Source: Patescibacteria group bacterium (lineage in GTDB: Bacteria; Patescibacteriota; Doudnabacteria; UBA920; O2-02-FULL-48-8). From it: a stretch of DNA of 64,000 nucleotides. The translations under genes were made by a program, and so were the position numbers. The notes beneath the pieces were generated by a model. The model did no database searches. It worked only from the letters and a program-made list of their open reading frames with translations, and had not been told where the DNA came from. Within the stretch, counting starts at the first letter, position 1, and each line of letters opens with the position of its first letter. Where the stretch lies: the NCBI GenBank assembly GCA_036278915.1, contig DASUKB010000001.1, positions 301,186-365,185 of the forward strand, read 5' to 3'. Positions 1-10,175 of this stretch are shown here, piece by piece.

Positions 1-1
1 C

Positions 2-478
2 ATCCGGTCCATAGACATTCCATTTCTGCGCCGTAAAATTGGAGTGGTATTCCAGGACATAAAACTCCTTCCAAACCGCACTGCGTTTGAAAACGTGGCT
101 TTTGCCATGGAAGTTTCCGGCGAACGCATAAACGCCATCAAGCGCGAGGTTCCAAAGATTTTGGAAACCGTGGGATTGGAAGAAAAATCCAAGGCCTTTC
201 CTGACGAAATGTCTGGCGGCGAACGCCAGCGCGTAGCCATAGCGCGCGCTCTCGCGCATAATCCAGTACTGCTCCTGGCAGACGAACCGACTGGGAACCT
301 TGATTCCATAAACGCCTGGGATATCATCCAGCTGCTTTTGAAAATCAACAAAGGCGGCACCACGGTCATTTTGGCTACGCATGCCAAGGATTTGGTGAAC
401 TCCATCAAAAAACGCGTGGTCACCATAGAAAAAGGCGAAATAGTCTACGACCAGGAAAAAGGGAAATACGTTTTATAA
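2..478 (+). CDS. ftsE: Cell division ABC ATPase FtsE (5' end outside window)
   Basis: Frame open from base 2 (IRSIDIPFLRRKIGVVFQD); MSGGERQRVAIARA signature, LLADEPTGNLD Walker B, ATH; directly upstream of ftsX. Confidence 0.92.
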   Translation: MRSIDIPFLRRKIGVVFQDIKLLPNRTAFENVAFAMEVSGERINAIKREVPKILETVGLEEKSKAFPDEMSGGERQRVAIARALAHNPVLLLADEPTGNLDSINAWDIIQLLLKINKGGTTVILATHAKDLVNSIKKRVVTIEKGEIVYDQEKGKYVL

Positions 479-545
479 AATTAATCTAATTAACCTAATT
501 GATCCGGAGTTTAGTCCAATTAGAAATTAGTAATTAGAAATTTTC
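479..545. repeat. AT-rich CTAATT/AATTAG heptamer-like inverted repeat array
   Basis: ctaattaacctaatt...aattagaaattagtaattagaaatt; similar arrays at 3925-3996, 7183-7208, 19287-19349, 22884-22970. Confidence 0.7.
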
Positions 546-550
546 AGGAT

Positions 551-1465
551 ATGAGCTTCACTGTATTCAAAAGATTAGTTAAATCCGGCGTTACCAATTT
601 TTTCCGAAATATTTGGCTGTCCGTGGCCGCAACCTCGGTTATGACCATTACGCTCTTTATAATTGCGACAATCTTGGTTTTGTATACGCTGACGGCGGTG
701 TCCCTGACCAACATCAAGGACAAAGTTGGAATCACAGCCTATTTCAACAATACAACTTCCGAAACAGAAATCCTGACTATAAAAGATGAAGTTGCCGCCT
801 TGCCGGGAGTTAAAGAAGTTGACTACATCCCCAAAGATTTGGCGCGCGACCAATTTATAGCGGCACACCAAGATGACCCGCTCCTTATAGAAACGCTGAA
901 CGAATTTTCGGAGTCCGACAATCCGTTGCCGGCTTCGTTTGCCATCAAAGCCAATGACCTGCCGGATTATGCCGGCATTGCGCAGGTCCTCAACTCCGAC
1001 CGATATTCGCCTTACTTCAGCAAAATACGCGACAACAGCACTGTCATCAACAAACTCAATAAGATTACTTCCGCTATCACCCAAGGCGGCATCGGACTGA
1101 CCGTGGTGTTTGTGCTGGTTACGATCCTTGTAATGTTCAACACTATCCGGCTGACTATTTATAATCGACGCGAAGAAGTGGAGATAATGCGACTCGTTGG
1201 CGCCACAAATTGGTACATCCGAGGCCCGTTTATAATTGAGGGAATAATGTACGGCCTGCTGGCGACAATTATCGCCTCTGGCATTATGATTTTGCTGCTA
1301 TTTTTATTATCTAGCCGGCTGGAGGGCTTCCTCTCGCTTCAGACTGCGGGCTCAGGACTTATCAACGGATTGTACTGGAAAGTTTTGGTCGCGGATCTAA
1401 TTGTTGGTGTAGGCTTGGGAATAATTGCCTCAAGCATCGCCATAAGAAGATATTTGAAAGTTTAG
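551..1465 (+). CDS. ftsX: Cell division permease FtsX
   Basis: N-terminal TM, extracellular loop with NPLPAS, NTIRLTIYNRREEVEIMRLVGATNWYIRGPF motif, three C-terminal TMs. Confidence 0.93.
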   Translation: MSFTVFKRLVKSGVTNFFRNIWLSVAATSVMTITLFIIATILVLYTLTAVSLTNIKDKVGITAYFNNTTSETEILTIKDEVAALPGVKEVDYIPKDLARDQFIAAHQDDPLLIETLNEFSESDNPLPASFAIKANDLPDYAGIAQVLNSDRYSPYFSKIRDNSTVINKLNKITSAITQGGIGLTVVFVLVTILVMFNTIRLTIYNRREEVEIMRLVGATNWYIRGPFIIEGIMYGLLATIIASGIMILLLFLLSSRLEGFLSLQTAGSGLINGLYWKVLVADLIVGVGLGIIASSIAIRRYLKV

Positions 1466-1469
1466 TGAG

Positions 1470-1916
1470 ATGAAAGTTATTCTTTCTAAAGATGTGCAGG
1501 GTTTGGGCCTAGCAGGCCAGGTCAAAGAAGTTTCTGACGGCCACGCCAGGAATTTTTTGATTCCGAAACATCTAGCACTGCCGGCAACCTCCGGAATTTT
1601 GGCCCGAGTCCAGAAAGAAGAAGCCGAAGCCGAAGCTCGAGTAAAAAAAGAGCAGACCCAGGCTCAAAATTTATCTAAAAAAAATGCAAATCTCACTTTT
1701 GCAGTGCAAGGCAAAGCGGAAAAAGGCAAATTATTTGCTGCTATAACTAAGGACCAGGTCGCAACCGCCGTAAATTCCGCCTTGCATTTGGCAATCTTGC
1801 CAAAACAAGTTATAATCAGACAGGCGATTAAAACCTACGGACTGCACGACTGCGAAATCAAGTTAAGCGACACCATTACGACTCATGCCAAAATTAAGGT
1901 TGAAAAAGAAGCCTAA
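1470..1916 (+). CDS. rplI: 50S ribosomal protein L9
   Basis: MKVIL..DV.GLG.AGQVKEVSDGHARNFLIPK N-terminal motif; 148 aa. Confidence 0.95.
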   Translation: MKVILSKDVQGLGLAGQVKEVSDGHARNFLIPKHLALPATSGILARVQKEEAEAEARVKKEQTQAQNLSKKNANLTFAVQGKAEKGKLFAAITKDQVATAVNSALHLAILPKQVIIRQAIKTYGLHDCEIKLSDTITTHAKIKVEKEA

Positions 1917-3597
1917 GAAACAGACTAAATATATCTTCGTTACGGGAGGCGTACTTTCTGGCCTCGGAAAAGGCATAACCGCTGCATCAATTGGGAATAT
2001 TCTCAAAGCTCGCGGTTTTTCTGTGTTTATGCAGAAATTTGACCAGTACCTGAACGTCGACGCAGGCACGCTCAACCCGGCCGAGCACGGGGAAGTGTTC
2101 GTTACGGACGACGGGGCGGAAACCGATTTGGACCTCGGACACTATGAACGATTTATAGACACCAACCTCACCAAAGCTTCATCTGTGATGACGGGCCAAA
2201 TCTACCGCTCAATTTTGGACAAGGAACGCAGCGGCTATTTTTTGGGCAAGACCATACAAGTCATACCGCATGTCACGGATGAAGTCAAAGAACGGATCAA
2301 AAAAGCCGCTCGCGAATCTCAAGCCGACATTCTAATTACCGAAATCGGCGGCACTGTAGGCGACTACGAAGGTACACATTTTATAGAAGCGATCCGCCAA
2401 ATGTCCTACGACGTCGGACGCGAAAATGTCTTGTACATTCACGTCGGTTTTGTGCCGTACCTGGCCGTGTCGGAAGAACTCAAAACCAAACCCTTGCAGA
2501 ATTCCGTGCACGATTTGCAGGCTATGGGCATCCAGCCGGACGTGGTGGTAGCCAGGTCTGATTATCCGATCCGCAACGGCATTATAAATAAAATTGCCCT
2601 TTTTTCAGGTGTGTCCGCGGATTCAGTCATCCCGCTCGAAACGGTCTCCACGGTTTACGAAGTGCCTCTCATACTCGAACGCTGGAAACTGGATACTTTG
2701 ATTATCAAAAAACTCTCGCTGCCAAATGCTGGACGGCGAAGCACCGCTTGGAGCAAACTTGTAGCGCAGATTAAAAAACCCAAGAAACACAAACTGAAAG
2801 TAGCACTCGTAGGCAAATACATGGGCATGAAAGATACTTACCTTTCTGTTACAGAGGCGCTTAAGTCCGCGGGCTTGGCAAATAACGCTGAATTACAAAT
2901 TGAATGGATAGACGCAGAAAAACTTTCGCGCAAAGGGACTGACCAGCTCAAAGGAATGGATGCAATTCTGGTTCCAGGCGGCTTCGGAAAAAGGGGAGTG
3001 GAAGGGAAAATTTTAGCTGCCCAATACGCGCGCGAGAAGAAAATCCCATATCTTGGCCTTTGTTTAGGGCTGCAGATTGCGGTTATAGAGTTTGCGCGGA
3101 ACGTTTGCCGTCTCCGCGAAGCCACAAGCATGGAATTCAACGGCAAATCGGAACACCAGGTAATACATGTCATGCCCGACCAGGAAAAAAAGCTTCTCAA
3201 ACGCGAATACGGCGGCAGTATGCGCCTGGGAGCCTGGGTCTGTGCAATCAAACCTGGAACTTTGGCATTTGAAGCCTATGGCGAATCCAAAATTTCAGAA
3301 CGCCACCGCCACCGTTACGAAGTCAACAACAAATACCGCAAGATTCTTGAAGCTCGAGGGCTCGTGATCTCAGGGACCACCACGGATAACCAGTTGGTGG
3401 AAATTGTGGAACTGCGAGATCACCCGTTTTTTATGGGCGTACAGTTCCATCCCGAATTCAAGTCACGCCCGCTGTCGCCCGGACCTGTATTCCGAGACTT
3501 TATAAAATCGGCTGTTAAATTAAAACAGCAGCCTAAAATTAGCAGCAAAACTAAGGACAAACCAAAGACAAGGATCCCGGAACTTGTAAAAGCATAA
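1885..3597 (+). CDS. pyrG: CTP synthase
   Basis: KYIFVTGGVLSGLGKG, GEVFVTDDGAETDLDLGHYERF, GLCLG, ERHRHRYE, QFHPEF. Confidence 0.97.
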   Translation: MPKLRLKKKPKKQTKYIFVTGGVLSGLGKGITAASIGNILKARGFSVFMQKFDQYLNVDAGTLNPAEHGEVFVTDDGAETDLDLGHYERFIDTNLTKASSVMTGQIYRSILDKERSGYFLGKTIQVIPHVTDEVKERIKKAARESQADILITEIGGTVGDYEGTHFIEAIRQMSYDVGRENVLYIHVGFVPYLAVSEELKTKPLQNSVHDLQAMGIQPDVVVARSDYPIRNGIINKIALFSGVSADSVIPLETVSTVYEVPLILERWKLDTLIIKKLSLPNAGRRSTAWSKLVAQIKKPKKHKLKVALVGKYMGMKDTYLSVTEALKSAGLANNAELQIEWIDAEKLSRKGTDQLKGMDAILVPGGFGKRGVEGKILAAQYAREKKIPYLGLCLGLQIAVIEFARNVCRLREATSMEFNGKSEHQVIHVMPDQEKKLLKREYGGSMRLGAWVCAIKPGTLAFEAYGESKISERHRHRYEVNNKYRKILEARGLVISGTTTDNQLVEIVELRDHPFFMGVQFHPEFKSRPLSPGPVFRDFIKSAVKLKQQPKISSKTKDKPKTRIPELVKA

Positions 3598-3599
3598 AT

Positions 3600-3626
3600 A
3601 AAAACCCGCTATAAGGCGGGTTTTTA
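3600..3626. terminator. Bidirectional intrinsic terminator between pyrG and rpmA
   Basis: aaaacccgct-ataa-ggcgggtttt between convergent genes. Confidence 0.8.
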
Positions 3627-3635
3627 AATTGCAGT

Positions 3636-3917
3636 TTAGGATTGCGGAACTACGTGAACAAACTTTCGCAAATGGAGGCCGCCATCAAATCCTTTGACTT
3701 TTTTGCTAGTAAATTTAACCTTGCCCGTGGATACAGCATAGAGTGTATCATCAGAGCCGATTCGGACATTTTTGCCAGCGTGCCATTTCGTGCCGCGCTG
3801 ACGGATTAGGATGTTGCCGATTTTGGCAGTCTGACCGCCAAAAATTTTGATGCCTAAACGTTTGGATTGGGAGTCTCGTCCAAGGGCTGTAGAGCCTCCT
3901 GCTTTCTTATGAGCCAT
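3636..3917 (-). CDS. rpmA: 50S ribosomal protein L27
   Basis: [33 protein letters not shown]. Confidence 0.97.
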   Translation of the reverse strand: MAHKKAGGSTALGRDSQSKRLGIKIFGGQTAKIGNILIRQRGTKWHAGKNVRIGSDDTLYAVSTGKVKFTSKKVKGFDGGLHLRKFVHVVPQS

Positions 3918-3983
3918 ATTGGCGAAATTTCTAATTATTAATTTCTAATTGTTTTAGTTCAATTAGAAATTAGGTCAATTAGG

Positions 3984-5327
3984 TTAATTAGAAATTCTTT
4001 CTTTCTTGGATTCTGTCTCCAGCGCGGCTGCGCTTTCTATTACAGTTTCCTGATTAATTTCTCCGTTTTGGAATATAATTATCTCTCGCGCCACCACCTG
4101 GTCTTTGCGGTCATAGACTATGGAATTTCTTGGCGTTACCCGCAAAAACTTGTACTTGTCTCGGATAGGAGAGGGGATTGGATCGCAAATAGTATACCCA
4201 GATTCCGCGGCAAAGTCAAGATTGGGCATAAATGCGTAACCCGCGCTGCTGATCTTGTATGCTGGCAAACAGAGGCAAATTCGACCGCCTTTTGGCACAA
4301 ATTTGCTAAATTCTTTGAAAACTTGCGAATAAAGTTTTGCCAGATTGCTAAAATTTAGATCCATTTGGGATTTTTTGGGAAGTTTGCTGTAAATGGGCCC
4401 CAGCGTGCCTTCAGAAACCACAGCGGCGATTTTCAAATTTGGAATCTGCAAAGAGATTTCCGCTGCGTGCGAGCGGAGAAGCTTATAACGGTTCGGCGCG
4501 ACATGATATCGGTTGCGGAACCACTCCAAATTCTTTTCACTGTTTTCTATAGCCAGCTGGTCCAAATCCGAACCTACGGCACGGTACCCCATAAGGATTG
4601 CTTCCTGCAAAATTGTGCCCGAACCGCAGAACGGGTCCAGAATGTAGTCCAGCGGTTTGAGGCTCCCTGCCAGATTGATCATGCTCTGCGCAACTTTAGG
4701 TGGGATCATACCCGAATGCTCGTCTCGTGCCGGACGCTGATAGTCGCGCCTGCCGTAGTCTTCATAGTTTTGGACCGTCAGGGTTTTACCCACAAACAAT
4801 TTTTGGTTGCCGCAAATTACGACAACCTCCGCGCCTTTTTGTAAAAGCTGGTTTTCGGTAACCAGCACCGAAGACAGCTGTTGGGCAGGGAATTGGGGGA
4901 GCACGGCGCGGGCCGAAGCTGATTGATCTTGCAAAATCTTCTTGATGAGAAACGCTATGCGCTGGGATTCTTCGCGGAACCGAAGCAGGGGATCCAAAAC
5001 ATACAAAGACACGCCAAACTGCTTCTTGCCGGAGTATTCGTGGAAATATTCGTTAATTCGTTTGTAGGTAAAGTAATTGGCCAAGGTCTGCGACGGGTAC
5101 TCGCGACCCTTCTTTTGGAAACTATCAAAAAGGCGTATAATCTTAATAACCCCGCCAAGTTTGGCCTGAAGTTTAGGCGCGTCCAGTTGGGCTTCCGTCT
5201 CAATTACCGCCACTTCAGCCGAGCATGCGGCTAGACGGAAATCCACACCCGAATTTTGCAGAACTTGCAGCAATTCGGCTAAGGATAATGTAAACACCCG
5301 TCCAAGTACAAATGCGTATTGATACAT
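3984..5327 (-). CDS. Class I SAM-dependent RNA methyltransferase (Trm11/UPF0020-like)
   Basis: GMIPPKVAQSMIN, ILDPFCGSGTILQEA, GSD motif; likely start MYQYAF at 5327. Confidence 0.75.
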   Translation of the reverse strand: MYQYAFVLGRVFTLSLAELLQVLQNSGVDFRLAACSAEVAVIETEAQLDAPKLQAKLGGVIKIIRLFDSFQKKGREYPSQTLANYFTYKRINEYFHEYSGKKQFGVSLYVLDPLLRFREESQRIAFLIKKILQDQSASARAVLPQFPAQQLSSVLVTENQLLQKGAEVVVICGNQKLFVGKTLTVQNYEDYGRRDYQRPARDEHSGMIPPKVAQSMINLAGSLKPLDYILDPFCGSGTILQEAILMGYRAVGSDLDQLAIENSEKNLEWFRNRYHVAPNRYKLLRSHAAEISLQIPNLKIAAVVSEGTLGPIYSKLPKKSQMDLNFSNLAKLYSQVFKEFSKFVPKGGRICLCLPAYKISSAGYAFMPNLDFAAESGYTICDPIPSPIRDKYKFLRVTPRNSIVYDRKDQVVAREIIIFQNGEINQETVIESAAALETESKKERISN

Positions 5328-5331
5328 AAAT

Positions 5332-5703
5332 ATGAATTTTATCCGCCACAATCAACAAAAAATCGCCCTGGCAATAGGTTTTGTGGCTGTGGCCACTCTC
5401 GGTTTCTGGGGCGGCGTTGATATAAATAAACAAGCACCGCAACCCACAGTCTCTGCCAGTTCCTCCTCTACTAGCAATTATACTCAAGAAATTCCCCCGG
5501 CACAAACGACCTCCGCAACTGCTATAGATACGCAAACGCCCGCACCCGCGGATCTCAACTGCCAGGGAAAGATTAAAGGCTCGTCAAGCCATATTTATCA
5601 TATGCCCGGCGGGGCATTTTACGATAAAACCACGCACCCGATAGCATGTTTTGATACCGAAGCCGAAGCCCAAGCCGCAGGGTTTAGAAAATCCAGCAGA
5701 TAG
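5332..5703 (+). CDS. Membrane-anchored protein with small C-terminal nuclease-accessory (Ada metal-binding-like) domain
   Basis: N-terminal TM, S/T/P-rich linker, CQGKIKGSSSHIYHMPGG...CFDTEAEAQAAGFRKS. Confidence 0.7.
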   Translation: MNFIRHNQQKIALAIGFVAVATLGFWGGVDINKQAPQPTVSASSSSTSNYTQEIPPAQTTSATAIDTQTPAPADLNCQGKIKGSSSHIYHMPGGAFYDKTTHPIACFDTEAEAQAAGFRKSSR

Positions 5704-5788
5704 ACATCTTGACCTCCAAAAAGTAAGCAACCTGATCTGGTCACGAAAACTGGAAAGCATTTGTTGCTTAGAATAATCACTTTATATT

Positions 5789-7009
5789 ATGAAAATGAAG
5801 CGGATTTATCTTGATAACGCGGCCACCACACCGATCGATAAGCACGTTGCGAAAGCCATGCGTGATTTTGAGGTGGAATTTTACGGCAATCCCAACTCCA
5901 TACACAGAGAAGGGCAGACTGCCCGCGCTAAAATTGATTTTGCCCGCGCTAAAATTGCCAAGTTCATAAATGCCAAGCCGCAGGAAATAATTTTTACCTC
6001 CGGTGCCACAGAATCCAATAACCACGCGATCCGCGGCATAATTTCCAATGCCTTGCGTAATCTCCGATTTCCATCCGGCAACAAACCACACATAGTGACC
6101 ACGCAACTTGAACATCAATCTATCTACAACACAGCTAAATTGATGGAAGAGTGGGGAATAGTAGATGTTACTTATCTTAAACCTGCCCCGGAAGGAACGA
6201 TTCGCGCCGAAGACGTCATTAAAGCAATCACCGAAAATACAATCCTTATATCTATTATCTTTGTTTCAAATGAAATTGGTTCGGTGTTGCCAATACGCGA
6301 AATCGGCAAACATCTTGCAGATGTAAACGCGCGCCAAAGACACAAAATTTATTTTCACACAGACGCGGTGCAAGCGGCCAAATATTTTAATCTCAACGTA
6401 GACAAACTCGGCGTGGACCTCATGACTTTGTCTGCTCACAAAATTAATGGTCCAAAGGGGATAGGTGCGCTTTATATCCGCACCGGCACCAAATTAGACA
6501 ATCTCTTAACCGGAGGTTCCCAAGAATACGGCATGCGCCCCGGCACGCAAAACACGTCTGGCATAATCGGCTTTGCCAAAGCAGTAGAACTTATGGGAAG
6601 CTTAGAGGAACGACAAAAATCCGCTGAGAAGATCAAAATATTGCGCGACGAGCTTATTGCCGCAATCACCGGTTTTACTAATGTCTGGCTCAATGGCCCA
6701 GCTGGACCTTTGCGCGCGCCGGATAACGTAAATTTTAGCGTCTTGGGTGCTGATTCAGACCTCATGCTATCCAAGTTGGACCTGTCTGGGATTGCTGCAT
6801 CCACGGGTTCAGCGTGCGTGTCCGGGTCATCCGAGCCGTCTCATGTGATCCAAGCTTTAGGCAAAATTTCCAAAGATAAAAAAGCTGCCACGGTCAGACT
6901 GACTTTAGGTAAACAAAACACGAGACAGGAAATTAAATCGGCAATCCAGATCATAACCAAGATCCTGGAGGAGTCTGGTTCAACAGACCAAACCCCAAGA
7001 CTTAGGTAA
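5789..7009 (+). CDS. iscS: Cysteine desulfurase (IscS/NifS)
   Basis: IYLDNAATTP, IIFTSGATESNN, HTDAVQ, SAHKINGPKG PLP lysine, STGSAC. Confidence 0.93.
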   Translation: MKMKRIYLDNAATTPIDKHVAKAMRDFEVEFYGNPNSIHREGQTARAKIDFARAKIAKFINAKPQEIIFTSGATESNNHAIRGIISNALRNLRFPSGNKPHIVTTQLEHQSIYNTAKLMEEWGIVDVTYLKPAPEGTIRAEDVIKAITENTILISIIFVSNEIGSVLPIREIGKHLADVNARQRHKIYFHTDAVQAAKYFNLNVDKLGVDLMTLSAHKINGPKGIGALYIRTGTKLDNLLTGGSQEYGMRPGTQNTSGIIGFAKAVELMGSLEERQKSAEKIKILRDELIAAITGFTNVWLNGPAGPLRAPDNVNFSVLGADSDLMLSKLDLSGIAASTGSACVSGSSEPSHVIQALGKISKDKKAATVRLTLGKQNTRQEIKSAIQIITKILEESGSTDQTPRLR

Positions 7010-7328
7010 GGTAAAGGTATGCCGGATAATACGAAATATATGCATATTGAGAAGAATGGGGATGGTCGCACAATGGCACTTATGCGACATCAAATCAATT
7101 TAAAACGATTCGGGGCTTAAATAAATATATATTTAAATATGTATTTTTTTTACTACTCTATTCCCTACTTATAGATTATTGTTTAGAAATTAGATCAATT
7201 AGAAATTAAAAATTATTTTCGATAGTTTCAATTTGGGTAAATTCCGCTCTCCCCTATTTTTTGCCGAATCGGGGAGTGAAGCAATTAAAAAAACCAGACT
7301 ATTAAAGTCTGGTTTTAGATTCCAAATT

Positions 7329-8654
7329 TTAATCCAGGAAGTCCAAAGGATTATATGGCGCACCAGCAGGAACCTCATATGCCCCATACTTACTTTGGTA
7401 TGCACCGGGCACTACAGTGAAGCCTTGGGCATCAAACACGGTGAAGTGCAGATGGAAGCCGCGTTCAGGGCCGTAGAGAATGCGCGTCGTATTGCCGGTG
7501 TTGCCTTCATAGCCAATGAGGTCTCCTTCTTTGACGGTCTGTCCTTTTTTGAGCACGTATGAAGCCATGTGGCCGTATAGAGTAATTATCGGATGCGATG
7601 CGAATGCGCCAGTATCATGTTTGATGGCGACCCAGTTGCCATATGCCCCATCGATACCGCTCGGAGTGGCTTTGCCAGTTGCGATGACTGTGCCATCTGC
7701 AGGAACGTGGATTGATGTCCCAGGAGCCGCCGCGATGTCCAAACCATTGTGGAACGAATAGCCAAGCGATGTAAAACCAGTATTGCCATAGCCTTGCGTA
7801 ATCGTGCCTCTCATAGGCCAGGCCAACAACCCTTTGTGCGGAGTCAGTTTATTATTGCCAAGCTTAGCCGCAATCTGATCATCAAGATTATTTATTTCAT
7901 CATTTAGAGCTTTTTGGTCAGCTTGAGTGCTGGCGAGTAATTTCTGGTATGCTGCTTCCTTGCCCTTAGTCTGCGCCAGCAGCTGTTGCTTGTCTCCCTT
8001 TTGCTGTTCCAAAGCTTCGTTTTGGGCCTGCAGGGATTGGTTCAGTTCATCAAGTTGATTTTTTTGCTGTTTGAGTTCGTCCTGTCTGGCTTGCAAATCT
8101 TGCTGCAATTGTTTGATCTGCGAGAGCGCCTGTTCGCTTTGCTGCTGAATTGAAGTCGCGTACTGAAGATCATTGAGAAAGTCGGTAAAATTATTATCCT
8201 CCAGAGCAACTTCCAAAGGCGTACGGCTGTCCAAGTCATTAATCTCGCCTATGAGCATGCCGAGAATTTGTTTCTCTTTATCGATATCGCCTTGGGTGAT
8301 GGTTATTTGGTTCGTCACATCCTGAATATCCAAATTCGCCGCCTGGATTTTGTCCTGCGTCTGTTCTATCTGCGCCTGCGTGGCCGTCACCTGCAAATCT
8401 AGAATTTTAATCTGGTTTTGAAGCGTGTTGGCCTGGCCCTGGATGGTCGAAATCTGGCCCTGGTAACTGTTTATCTGATCATTGAGTTCGTTGACCGTCT
8501 GTTGGATCTGGTCTCTTTGGGCCTGCAAAGAGTCGGTTGTGGCGTCACCTTGCGCTTTATGGTTATGCACATGCGGGAATATTAGGAGTGCTGCCAAAAT
8601 ACCGAACGCAAGTGTCGTTTTGAAGCTAATTTTTTGTTTCTGCGGTGTTTCCAT
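7329..8654 (-). CDS. Coiled-coil M23 peptidase (EnvC/CwlO-like peptidoglycan hydrolase or activator)
   Basis: Signal peptide, long Gln-rich coiled coil, HNGLD and HLHF zinc motifs. Confidence 0.88.
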   Translation of the reverse strand: METPQKQKISFKTTLAFGILAALLIFPHVHNHKAQGDATTDSLQAQRDQIQQTVNELNDQINSYQGQISTIQGQANTLQNQIKILDLQVTATQAQIEQTQDKIQAANLDIQDVTNQITITQGDIDKEKQILGMLIGEINDLDSRTPLEVALEDNNFTDFLNDLQYATSIQQQSEQALSQIKQLQQDLQARQDELKQQKNQLDELNQSLQAQNEALEQQKGDKQQLLAQTKGKEAAYQKLLASTQADQKALNDEINNLDDQIAAKLGNNKLTPHKGLLAWPMRGTITQGYGNTGFTSLGYSFHNGLDIAAAPGTSIHVPADGTVIATGKATPSGIDGAYGNWVAIKHDTGAFASHPIITLYGHMASYVLKKGQTVKEGDLIGYEGNTGNTTRILYGPERGFHLHFTVFDAQGFTVVPGAYQSKYGAYEVPAGAPYNPLDFLD

Positions 8655-8696
8655 ACCGTTTTACCCTACCATAAAGTAAAACAATTGTAAACCGTT

Positions 8697-10175
8697 CTAA
8701 GCGAGAGAATTGATGGCGTTTTGCAAGCGTTTGAGAATAATTTCTTTACCACCCGGCAGTGCGGAAAAAGCGTCCATAATTTCAAATGGACTGGGTGATG
8801 CTTCAAGTCCGGAAAGCGCAACCCGCAGAGGCCAGAGCACTTCTCCGTTTGTTAGATCTTTTTCCGTTATCAAGTTTTTAATTTTTAGTTCAAGATTATC
8901 CTTTATAAATTCGGACTTATCAAAATTGCTGAGCACGCTGCTGAGCATGATAAGATTTTGTTTTGCTGTCTCTGCACTCCCCTTCTTCCAGACAAGCAGG
9001 GCAGGGTCGTACTCTGGTTCATGGAAAAAGTATCGGACCCTATCCCCTATCTCCGATAATTTCTTGAGTCTTCCCTGCTCAAGTCCCAAAATTTTTAGAA
9101 CAAATTCCCTAGGAGCGGTTTTGGCTTCTGACAAGTATTCGCTTATTCGCGCGAATAGTTCCTCTAAGCTCAGTTTGCGAATATACAGACCATTAATCCA
9201 ATCCAATTTTTCTAAATCAAATACAGCGCCCGATTTGTTGACCTTGTCCAGACTGAATTGCTCTATGAGTTCATCAAGCGTAAAAATTTCCTGTTCGGTT
9301 TTCGGATTCCAGCCAAGTAGCGCCACAAAATTTAATAACGCTTCCGGTAAATATCCTTGCGCTAGAAAATCTTTTACAGCCACATCACCTTCGCGTTTGG
9401 ACAGCTTCTTTTTGGATTTAGAAAGGAGCAGAGGCAAATGCGCGTATTGCGGTGATGGCCAGCCAAAAGCCGAGTAAAGCAGGATGTGTTTGGGAGTCGA
9501 CGGCAGCCATTCGTCGCCGCGCAAAACATAATTTATGTTCATCAGATAATCGTCAACCACAACGGCAAGATGGTAAGTCGGGAAACCATCGGATTTGAGC
9601 AGCACCTGATCGTCAATGTCGTTTGTGGAGATTGAAATTTCTCCATGAATTAAATCAGTAAAGCGTATGGTCTGATCTGCCGGGACGTTGAGGCGGATCA
9701 CATGTGGTTCATTGTTAGCCAATTTTTGCTGAACTTCTTCTTTGCTCAAGCTCAAACAAAGTTTATCGTACTTTGGGGGAAGCTTTTGTGCTTCCTGCGA
9801 TTTTCGTAAATCTTCCAGTCTTTGCGGCGTGCAAAAGCAATAATAGGCGTGATTTTTTTCAATTAATTCCTCCGCGTACTTTTTATAAATAGGCAGTCGC
9901 TTGGATTGCAAATACGGCGCGTATGGGCCTTGCTCTTTGACGCCGTTATCCCAGACAAAGCCTTCATCCGGATCCAATTTAAAGTCATGGAGGACTTTGA
10001 CGACATCTTCAAGCGCTCCTTCCACCAATCTGTTCTGATCCGTGTCCTCTACACGCAAAACAAACTTGCCGTGATTTTTGCGTGCAAATAAAAAATTAAA
10101 CAAGGCGCTCCGTAGAGTCCCCACATGGGCAAACCCTGTCGGAGATGGTGCGATACGAGTTCTAATTTCTGCCAT
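8697..10175 (-). CDS. gltX: Glutamate--tRNA ligase
   Basis: RTRIAPSPTGFAHVG (HIGH), LRVEDTD, YYCFCT, KLSKR. Confidence 0.97.
   Translation of the reverse strand: MAEIRTRIAPSPTGFAHVGTLRSALFNFLFARKNHGKFVLRVEDTDQNRLVEGALEDVVKVLHDFKLDPDEGFVWDNGVKEQGPYAPYLQSKRLPIYKKYAEELIEKNHAYYCFCTPQRLEDLRKSQEAQKLPPKYDKLCLSLSKEEVQQKLANNEPHVIRLNVPADQTIRFTDLIHGEISISTNDIDDQVLLKSDGFPTYHLAVVVDDYLMNINYVLRGDEWLPSTPKHILLYSAFGWPSPQYAHLPLLLSKSKKKLSKREGDVAVKDFLAQGYLPEALLNFVALLGWNPKTEQEIFTLDELIEQFSLDKVNKSGAVFDLEKLDWINGLYIRKLSLEELFARISEYLSEAKTAPREFVLKILGLEQGRLKKLSEIGDRVRYFFHEPEYDPALLVWKKGSAETAKQNLIMLSSVLSNFDKSEFIKDNLELKIKNLITEKDLTNGEVLWPLRVALSGLEASPSPFEIMDAFSALPGGKEIILKRLQNAINSLA

Noticed and set aside
7019-7120. 33-aa ORF after iscS (MPDNTKYMHIEK...)
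   Set aside because: Weak SD, no motif, no terminator; could be chance in AT-rich spacer
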